Assembly (NCBI GenBank): GCA_965644265.1
Contig: OZ286459.1
Coordinates: 90,706,001-90,770,000 of the forward strand
Length of the DNA stretch: 64,000 nucleotides
Reading direction: 5' to 3'
Origin: Glycera tridactyla
Taxonomy: Eukaryota
Positions 60,301 to 64,000 of this stretch are shown here, piece after piece; position 1 is the stretch's first letter, and the number at the start of each line of letters is the position of its first letter. A program made the translations under genes and the position numbers. Below the pieces are notes generated by a model. The model saw nothing but the letters and a program-made list of their open reading frames with translations. It was not told the DNA's origin and did no database searches.

Positions 60301-62832
60301 GTTCATTTATAATGTTGACCTTTTGAGCATGTTGTATGACATTGTCCATGCTACACGAAATAAAGTTTATTCAATCAAATATTTAGTCTGGCTGACATGC
60401 TCAGATAAATGTGCTACTAAATCTATATCCATCTCCTATGAACACAGGAAGAACCAAATGCTACAATCCAATCACCACAATGCTCTGATCCTGGTAAATG
60501 AACCAGATTTACTGATATCTGGGTCATGTAGGCTTGACAGGCTGAAATATACTTTCTGCCTCAGTGGATTATTTTAGCACCGAAATACCATGCATCAACA
60601 AAATATGATCGGCGATTGATATCGGTTGAAACTAAATGGCTAATTACACCAATATCATAACCCAGATTCAGAATTATACTTTACTGAAATTAGACTGAGC
60701 TTAGGATGTCTTCTGATGTCATTTCTATAATGACATCAAGATATGAGAGGGTCGCGAATACATAGGAGCAAGTGGCCGATACTATCCCATTATTCTCACA
60801 TTCAAATGAGATGTTAAAAAGTAGGCATCCCGAAGATATTAAATATGGGTGAAAACTGTATGATCGTCAGTGACCTGCCTACTTCTTTCAATATACATTA
60901 TATGCCACCTCTCCCATTCCCATCTAGATCTGGTATCTAGTCATTTGTAAAGGTCATAAGGTGATATTGTCATGTGCTGAGACAAATGGGCTAATGAATT
61001 CATATCTGCCTCATATCAATACATTCCTTTCACTTTACTGCTTCAAAGTGATTGAGTAAGCATCACTGTATTTGTAATTTTGAATGACCATCTGCCATGG
61101 GTTTCCACTGGAATAGAGTGGCATATATGCCATCAAATAAAATGTCGAAATTTGACTCAGGCCCCTGACCAGATGCTGAATTAAGCTCGCTTTGGCTGGT
61201 AAAGTATGGCACAATTCTACCGAATCGTGAATAGATAGAGAATATGCTGGATTCGTCCCATCCACCAGACCGGGAATTTGACCTGACTGACTTCTGGGAG
61301 GATGCACTTCAAAGTTGTGTTTATACATCAACTGTGGGAAATATTAAGTGCAGAATTGTCAGTATGCAGCTCTTGCCTGTCTATTCTCTCATGAATACCA
61401 CACCAAGAGCCTTGGAATGGCAATCGAGAGTAAGTAGATTATAATGCAAGGATGGTAGATAGATCATCGTAATTGATGCAATCAGTCGAGTGTAACGGGT
61501 TTCTGTTTTATTACCTGTCATAGTCGTCTCTGTGTTGGGTCCATCTGTAAAATGAAATCAGTTGACAGATATATAGTACCGAATGATCAATAAATAGACT
61601 TAGCCTTGAAACACATGACCGGATGATAAATTAGGCTCACTTTAATGGCCAATGTATGGCACAATATTACCGAAGTCTGACTAGTATCTGGAATGATGTA
61701 CTTGAAAATGTTTTTGCACATTGACTGTAGGTGTAAGTTATCAATTCTGTAAGGATTGTTAAGTGTGGAATTGTCAGTATGAAAGTCATGCGTGTCCAAT
61801 TTGGTGTATTACAAGATTTTCATGCCTCAAGTTTAGAACTGCATAGAACTGCATCATGATTCGAGACCCGGTCTCAAATACAAAACACTGTACAGGTTAT
61901 CTCTGCATCTCCACGATTGTAAATATACAGATGTATAGATAATTATTGTGTAATTGTTTGTGAGCACATACCAAAGAATCAGTCAATTGCATTTCGAACA
62001 ACTTTGATAGGATAATGAGTATGGATCTCATCTGTTCTTCACAATTGTTCGAGATGCTGAGGGTCATTTTTTCGACGTGAGTAATGTCAATTAATTTCAT
62101 AATTTGATATGAGATGAATCATTTCGTGATTACCTGGCGTAGTTGTCTCAGTTGCCGTGATAACTATGAGAATGCCAAATACAAGTGTCATCATTGCAAA
62201 CCTATTGGTGCCACTAACTGACAGGATGCACATATTCAAAGTAATTCCTCTCACATCTTTACTCTCCACATAGAAGCATCTCACCTATATCTCATTTTCA
62301 TATACACCGATGGAATCCGACAGAATGTGATCGTTTATCAGTATAGCTGTGCAAAACCACAGCTTGTATAAATTATAAATATCATATTCATTTCTGTGTA
62401 TTCAAGAACATTGTTACTGGGGTAAATGAGATATAACCAGGTCATGTGATGAAATCTTACCTATCAAACTCAATACATCAAAGCTATTTTGTCAGCATTC
62501 TGTGTGGATTTATATGAGAGTGGGTGTTGAGTTGCAGAAATATACTAATGATGGAAATATGATTGCCTAAAATTCTCCGAGTGAGGTGGTACGTCTCACA
62601 TGCGAGAAAAGTTAAATATCAATCACCCCTCTTTGAAAAACTCACAGAAATGCTTCTTTGACAAATGTGCGAGGCCTTGCTGTGGGTAAGAGATCATTTA
62701 TACATTGGAACGAATTGTCATGACATGCTAAGTCAGGATTGCGGGTCAATGAGTATTGTCACTGCTAAGACAGCCAAGCATAAAAAGCTTTTATTTCATT
62801 ACCTGTCACAGTCGTTTCTGTTGCCATGTCAT
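6145..62832 (-). CDS. Multi-exon locus (one gene or two tandem paralogues): [acidic Thr-rich microexon-encoded mucin-like stalk + Cys-containing extracellular modules] x2; both ends probably lie outside the identified exons
   Basis: About 58 exons with canonical AG/GT whose phases chain without stops (nearly all phase 1-1). No signal-peptide exon or stop-containing terminal exon was confidently found. Confidence 0.8.
6360..6485. repeat. Purine-rich (AG/GGA) low-complexity tract
   Basis: Direct reading. Confidence 0.85.
7632..7736 (-). CDS. Probable exon, phase 1-1, 105 nt: (V)EMSGTESCHPLYVGIEADGEAIHIIRLMLSKALY
   Basis: Acceptor ctgaaataccctag and weak donor gtatcg. EMSGTESC resembles EAMSGQEC of exon 11178-11249. 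Another frame is also open (see findings). Confidence 0.5.
7827..7998. other. Assembly gap (others at 13567-13780, 17308-17475, 35865-36000)
   Basis: Runs of N. Two gaps cut candidate exons; sizes may be estimates. Confidence 1.
7999..8035 (-). CDS. 5' part of an exon running into the assembly gap, phase 0: RMPTYGYLRVSK...
   Basis: Acceptor ctgtatttctgaatgtctccag. Phase matches the upstream exon, and the peptide aligns with KMTGCDLELKVAR of exon 36197-36344. Confidence 0.6.
8299..8408 (-). CDS. Exon, phase 1-0, 110 nt: SSMVSSFHCLDAFPADFALEEAGDHMLIYAGNLYYCA
   Basis: Acceptor tttatccttcag, donor gtaaga. Same phases as, and similar peptide to, exon 36623-36729. Confidence 0.75.
9463..9494. repeat. 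(GT)n microsatellite
   Basis: Direct reading. Confidence 0.95.
9585..9780. repeat. (GAAT)n followed by (TCAA/TCGA)n tetranucleotide tracts
   Basis: Direct reading. Confidence 0.85.
9815..9973 (-). CDS. Exon, phase 1-1, 159 nt: NAAEESLLEDAECSGVLEGLYDIIVMNNDTMTTCDSEVFSGGIEFFDCELDLV
   Basis: Acceptor actttcgagcag, donor gtaagt, 53 open codons. Aligns with exon 37652-37825 (G.YD...TC.S..S...C). Confidence 0.75.
10487..10647. mobile_element. 161-bp MITE, Tc1/mariner-pogo type
   Basis: TIR CAGTCAAACCTG...CAGGTTTGACTG, with TA on both sides. Confidence 0.9.
11178..11249 (-). CDS. Exon, phase 1-1, 72 nt: TEAMSGQECKDELDGLDQVNILVR
   Basis: Acceptor ctactttacag, donor gtaagc. Positional homologue of the 75-nt exon 38285-38359. 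Confidence 0.7.
12171..12311 (-). CDS. Exon, phase 1-1, 141 nt: DFTCIDITYDVNTQLTTASNELGSVRFCMQWQTGDLGNGLIEKSTTI
   Basis: Acceptor gcttgtttgtag, donor gtgagt, open frame. Confidence 0.75.
13147..13278 (-). CDS. Exon, phase 1-1, 132 nt: GCIWSPWLNDTQWHLQFFGDISMFQMFAAYTGGITWIVSGNSFA
   Basis: Acceptor ctctgtgcacttgcag, donor gtgaga. An alternative in-frame donor would extend the exon to 13066. Has an NDT sequon and a C..W...W motif like exon 6145-6315. Confidence 0.75.
13928..13954 (-). CDS. 27-nt linker microexon, phase 1-1: DMTTQPAPS
   Basis: Acceptor gtctttttgattgcag, donor gtaatg. Joins array A to the GCIW exon in frame. Confidence 0.65.
15575..15604 (-). CDS. 30-nt microexon DEMITETTEA
   Basis: cacag / gtgata, phase 1-1. 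Confidence 0.75.
16811..16840 (-). CDS. 30-nt microexon DEMDTETTEA
   Basis: tacag / gtaatg. Confidence 0.8.
18262..18345. repeat. (AAT/GAT)n microsatellite; related tracts at about 14750, 15785 and 17025
   Basis: Direct reading; part of a ~1.3-kb duplicated intron unit. Confidence 0.9.
18404..18433 (-). CDS. 30-nt microexon DEMETGTYAT
   Basis: tttacag / gtaaca. Confidence 0.8.
19705..19734 (-). CDS. 30-nt microexon DDMGAETTVT
   Basis: tttacag / gtacga. Confidence 0.75.
20236..20265 (-). CDS. 30-nt microexon DELITGTTMT
   Basis: tttacag / gtaaca. Confidence 0.8.
22593..22622 (-). CDS. 30-nt microexon DEPNTETTVT
   Basis: ctacag / gtaatt. Confidence 0.8.
22937..22964 (-). pseudogene. Decayed microexon copy; a 4-nt deletion removes the acceptor AG
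   Basis: tttgcttc-gtagaa versus consensus tttggttcATCTgtagaa. Confidence 0.7.
23376..23405 (-). CDS. 30-nt microexon DEPNTGTTVT
   Basis: tttgcag / gtaatt. Confidence 0.8.
23661..23690 (-). CDS. 30-nt microexon DESHTETTVT
   Basis: tttacag / gtgatc. Confidence 0.8.
23966..23995 (-). CDS. 30-nt microexon DEPNTETTVT
   Basis: ctacag / gtaatg. Confidence 0.8.
24540..24569 (-). CDS. 30-nt microexon DEMNTETTVT
   Basis: ttcacag / gtaata. Confidence 0.8.
25942..25977 (-). CDS. 36-nt microexon DGPNTETTMTLT
   Basis: tttacag / gtaatt; +6 nt keeps the frame. Confidence 0.8.
26418..26447 (-). CDS. 30-nt microexon DEMNTETTAT
   Basis: ttccacag / gtaata. Confidence 0.8.
27036..27065 (-). CDS. 30-nt microexon DEMETETTVT
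   Basis: tttcacag / gtaata. Confidence 0.8.
27735..27764 (-). CDS. 30-nt microexon GEPNTETTVT
   Basis: ttcccag / gtaatt. Confidence 0.75.
28067..28096 (-). CDS. 30-nt microexon DEPNTETTVT
   Basis: tttacag / gtaatt. Confidence 0.8.
28464..28493 (-). CDS. 30-nt microexon DELNTETTVT
   Basis: tatacag / gtaatg. Confidence 0.8.
28771..28799 (-). pseudogene. 29-nt frameshifted copy with intact splice sites; reads DKMNTKRL*
   Basis: 1-nt deletion (cgtttcgtgt); ttcacag / gtgata retained. Confidence 0.75.
28981..29016 (-). CDS. 36-nt microexon DGPNTETSMTMT
   Basis: tttacag / gtaatt. Confidence 0.8.
29309..29337 (-). pseudogene. 29-nt frameshifted copy; reads DKMYTKRL*
   Basis: Same deletion; tttacag / gtgata. 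Confidence 0.75.
29519..29554 (-). CDS. 36-nt microexon DGPNTATSMTVT
   Basis: tttacag / gtaatt. Confidence 0.8.
30245..30274 (-). CDS. 30-nt microexon DEMNTETTVT
   Basis: ttcacag / gtaata. Confidence 0.8.
30660..31034. mobile_element. ~375-bp insertion present in only one copy of the 3.5-kb duplication; unclassified
   Basis: The paralogous site at about 27470-27490 reads ttagtttttg|tcatta with no insert. The insert contains a GCCTTCGGC hairpin and (CT)n. Confidence 0.6.
31251..31280 (-). pseudogene. Microexon copy (DEPNTETTVT) with donor mutated GT>TT
   Basis: Plus strand ctaatcaa|ctgtcacag instead of ctaattac|ctgtcacag. Its duplicate at 27735 is intact. Confidence 0.75.
31583..31612 (-). 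CDS. 30-nt microexon DEPNTEMTVT
   Basis: tttacag / gtaatt. Confidence 0.8.
31980..32009 (-). CDS. 30-nt microexon DEPNTETTVT
   Basis: tttacag / gtaatg. Confidence 0.8.
32287..32315 (-). pseudogene. 29-nt frameshifted copy; reads DKMNTKRL*
   Basis: Duplicate of 28771 (+3516). Confidence 0.75.
32495..32530 (-). CDS. 36-nt microexon DGPNTETSMTMT
   Basis: tttacag / gtaatt. Confidence 0.8.
32823..32851 (-). pseudogene. 29-nt frameshifted copy; reads DKMYTKRL*
   Basis: Duplicate of 29309 (+3514). Confidence 0.75.
33033..33068 (-). CDS. 36-nt microexon DGPNTATSMTGT
   Basis: tttacag / gtaatt. Confidence 0.8.
33465..33494 (-). CDS. 30-nt microexon DEPNTETTVT
   Basis: tttacag / gtaatt. Confidence 0.8.
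33816..33845 (-). CDS. 30-nt microexon DEANTDTTVT
   Basis: tttacag / gtaatt. Confidence 0.8.
34191..34220 (-). CDS. 30-nt microexon DELNTESTLT
   Basis: cttacag / gtaata. Confidence 0.8.
34416..34445 (-). CDS. 30-nt microexon DEMNTETTVT
   Basis: tttcacag / gtaata. Confidence 0.8.
34822..34838 (-). pseudogene. Truncated microexon remnant (3' half and donor only)
   Basis: tcac|ctgccatagttgctcc resembles the copy at 53798; the acceptor half is missing. Confidence 0.45.
35492..35521 (-). CDS. 30-nt microexon DEMSTETTVT
   Basis: tttacag / gtaatt. Confidence 0.8.
36001..36052 (-). CDS. Candidate exon start running into a gap: EDYVCPIWQSHTVDWVY
   Basis: Phase-1 acceptor cttag. C-P-x-W-x5-W sits at the position where block 1 has the ARCNFPSAW exon; truncated by Ns. 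Confidence 0.3.
36197..36344 (-). CDS. Exon, phase 0-1, 148 nt: LYKMTGCDLELKVARVNNLTTECVYNEASVSEYEDYEVVYSLTYKDDCP
   Basis: Acceptor gtgatttcag, donor gtaaat, open frame, NLT sequon. Confidence 0.75.
36623..36729 (-). CDS. Exon, phase 1-0, 107 nt: VILTFVAEFPASACGAQDGDGFILALDQYRETYYAV
   Basis: Acceptor ctatatttcag, donor gtgagt. A second strong in-frame donor gtaagt lies 54 nt further (exon end 36569). Confidence 0.75.
37652..37825 (-). CDS. Exon, phase 1-1, 174 nt: GPEDFVNLNYFPFENGQYDVSTDASVDPTCLSWSLSAVTNSTLYMGSCANTDVTLPMQ
   Basis: Long polypyrimidine acceptor cttctttttcatcatttcaaag, donor gtattt. Confidence 0.75.
38285..38359 (-). CDS. Exon, phase 1-1, 75 nt: GGVSDAQACYDGVQMANARLAPLQT
   Basis: Acceptor atacttttag, donor gtaaag. 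Confidence 0.7.
39376..39495 (-). CDS. Exon, phase 1-1, 120 nt: ETCGCDVGEEIGGYYCFICPSSCTCYIYSDNALLVKFYEQ
   Basis: Acceptor ctgttttcattgtag (an alternative in-frame acceptor gives 39516, 141 nt), donor gtgagt. Confidence 0.75.
39963..40091 (-). CDS. Exon, phase 1-1, 129 nt: AQGCSYDEALSNKTFLTHSNASDTENYIAFEDDSITFVNGAST
   Basis: Acceptor gtgtgatttcag, donor gtaaga, NKT and NAS sequons. Homologue of exon 13147-13278. Confidence 0.8.
42454..42483 (-). CDS. 30-nt microexon EEMNTGTTVT
   Basis: tttacag / gtaata. Confidence 0.75.
43605..43634 (-). CDS. 30-nt microexon DEQNTETTVT
   Basis: tttacag / gtaata. Confidence 0.8.
44001..44240. repeat. 129-bp tandem duplication
   Basis: ctttgcaaa...gatgttcacaacttagtcacaagagtcgcatcagac at 44001 and 44130. 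Single copy in the paralogous intron at about 55742. Confidence 0.85.
45252..45281 (-). CDS. 30-nt microexon GELNTESTVT
   Basis: ttcatag / gtaact. Confidence 0.75.
46651..46676 (-). pseudogene. Microexon copy collapsed by a deletion between two gtttctgt microhomologies
   Basis: gagtttctgt|gtttggttcagctgtac; ctaattacctgtcacagtcgtttctgt is missing. Confidence 0.7.
47060..47089 (-). CDS. 30-nt microexon DKMNTETTVT
   Basis: tttcacag / gtaata. Confidence 0.8.
47394..47423 (-). CDS. 30-nt microexon DEMDTETTVT
   Basis: cttcacag / gtaata. Confidence 0.8.
47707..47736 (-). pseudogene. Microexon copy (DEMNTETNVT) lacking its normal acceptor
   Basis: Donor gtaatg is intact; the acceptor side is replaced by unrelated sequence (ttttgaga). 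Confidence 0.65.
48222..48251 (-). CDS. 30-nt microexon DELNTESAVT
   Basis: tttacag / gtaata. Confidence 0.8.
48412..49297. mobile_element. 886-bp non-autonomous DNA transposon with TTAA TSD and GGATG...CATCC ends (Kolobok-like)
   Basis: TTAA at 48408-48411 and 49298-49301. The paralogous intron at about 59505-59530 shows the empty site. Confidence 0.75.
50260..50404. mobile_element. Diverged copy of the TA-flanked MITE
   Basis: ta|cagtcggacctgctctaaagacc...gaccggttttacat|ta. Confidence 0.75.
52599..52628 (-). CDS. 30-nt microexon DETNTETTVT
   Basis: ctacag / gtgatg. Confidence 0.8.
53060..53089 (-). CDS. 30-nt microexon DEMNTETTVT
   Basis: tttcacag / gtgata. Confidence 0.8.
53798..53827 (-). 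CDS. 30-nt microexon DETNTETTMA
   Basis: tttcacag / gtaaaa. Confidence 0.8.
55355..55384 (-). CDS. 30-nt microexon DEQNTETTVT
   Basis: tttacag / gtaatg. Confidence 0.8.
57171..57200 (-). CDS. 30-nt microexon GVLNTESTVT
   Basis: ttcatag / gtaata. Confidence 0.75.
58013..58936. mobile_element. ~0.9-kb unclassified insertion with a terminal hairpin
   Basis: Interrupts the intron repeat and is GC-richer. 58013-58036 pairs with 58082-58105 around a loop containing GGCCGAAGG. Confidence 0.55.
59174..59203 (-). CDS. 30-nt microexon DELNTGSTVT
   Basis: tttacag / gtaatc. Confidence 0.8.
59316..59464. mobile_element. Diverged copy of the TA-flanked MITE
   Basis: ta|tagtcggact...gagaggttcgactg|ta. 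Empty site in paralogous introns at about 34295 and 48360. Confidence 0.8.
61515..61544 (-). CDS. 30-nt microexon DGPNTETTMT
   Basis: tttacag / gtaata. Confidence 0.8.
62134..62163 (-). CDS. Divergent 30-nt microexon VITATETTTP
   Basis: ctcatag / gtaatc; same length and phase, TETT core kept. Confidence 0.65.
62803..62832 (-). CDS. 30-nt microexon DDMATETTVT
   Basis: tttacag / gtaatg. Confidence 0.8.
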
Positions 62833-64000
62833 CTGTAAAATGAAAATCAAATAGTATCTTTTTTTATGAAAATGCAGATTGATAATCTCACACTTGCATC
62901 TACCCCGATATTGCTTGGTTGGCAATACTGCTGTGATGATGGTATCAAGAAAGTATCAGTGGCTACAAAGCAAAACCATAAGCAATTATATGGAATTTGA
63001 TGTGTCATTCCTGCCATCACTGTGGATCTGATAGCTGGTTATACAGACAGAACTTGCAGAGTATGCTTCCACTCCAGACTACAAGCATGGTACATTAATG
63101 AGTTAAGTCATTGATGTATGAGATTTTAGAATCTACAAGATGTCTAGCAGTAGCTCTCACGAATTCTCTATTTCATTCAATATTTCGACAAGCAGTAATA
63201 GAGAATGTATACTGGTGTATAATTTGTACATATTGTTGATAACCCAGTCGATATGCATTGGGTTAGCATGCATACGATTCATATTTGTCTAGATACTCCC
63301 AATTCATGCAAATGATCAAATGTGTCTGTTGGGTCGACTTCCATGAATAGTTGAAGTTAGTTTCATCATTGGTCTTATAAGAAGAGCATTTGGAAAGCGG
63401 GGAGGAAGGTGGTTGAGCAATTTTCTGTGATCTCCAGCATTCACTTTTGCCTCAAGTTCGACTAACGATGGAGAATGAAAGCACTCCCATCATATTATAT
63501 TTATTCGATCATATTGTATCGTGTTGTCTTGAAAATTCAATAAAAGAGATATCCAGTCGCAACCGACTGCAAAAAATAAAGTATAATTAGATCCTGCGGT
63601 CATGGAAGTTAGACACGCACATGTGTCAACACCATGCCTCATGAAATTGTTGTAGAGGCTGGTGAAATGGAGGCAGGGTTGGGGCAGCTGAGCCATCAAA
63701 CAAGATTTGGTTATGATATAAACTTTATGCAAGAGATTTCCGAGATGAGATGAAGTTCACATTTGAAGGTCTTCACTTTGTGAAAGTCAAAGGTTAATGT
63801 CATTTTCCCAAAAGATGTGTGAAGCAAACATCTGTGAGCAACATGCTTGTCACAAGGATGCAAGTATGAATGATGATGGATTTGATGCCTATATGCCACT
63901 CTATAAATAGACAAACAGAGATTGTGAATATCCTCTCCATAACGATGGCGCTGTCGCGATTTTTGCACCTTTGTAGTTATCTAGATCATTCTTTCGGTAA

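Overview
AT-rich metazoan (probably invertebrate) genomic DNA with microsatellites, four assembly gaps and no prokaryotic features. The ORF track is mostly artefact. Almost the whole window is explained by one minus-strand, intron-rich locus. It has two arrays of symmetric phase-1 microexons: 28 intact at 15.6-35.5 kb and 15 intact at 42.5-62.8 kb, each 30 or 36 nt and encoding an acidic Thr-rich decapeptide of consensus DE(P/M)NTETTVT. Each array is followed by a block of ordinary exons (40.1-36.2 kb and 13.3-6.1 kb). The two blocks encode diverged, paralogous Cys-containing extracellular-type modules. The arrays grew by nested exon-plus-intron duplications. They include frame-preserving 36-nt variants, four 29-nt copies with intact splice sites and an in-frame stop, and several decayed copies. 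Mobile elements: a 4.25-kb fold-back element with 71-bp perfect TIRs and a 6-bp TSD (IS3EU-like termini), a TTAA-flanked Kolobok-like insertion, three TA-flanked MITEs and two unclassified insertions. All exon calls were made by hand from splice signals, phase and peptide similarity; no expression or database evidence was available.
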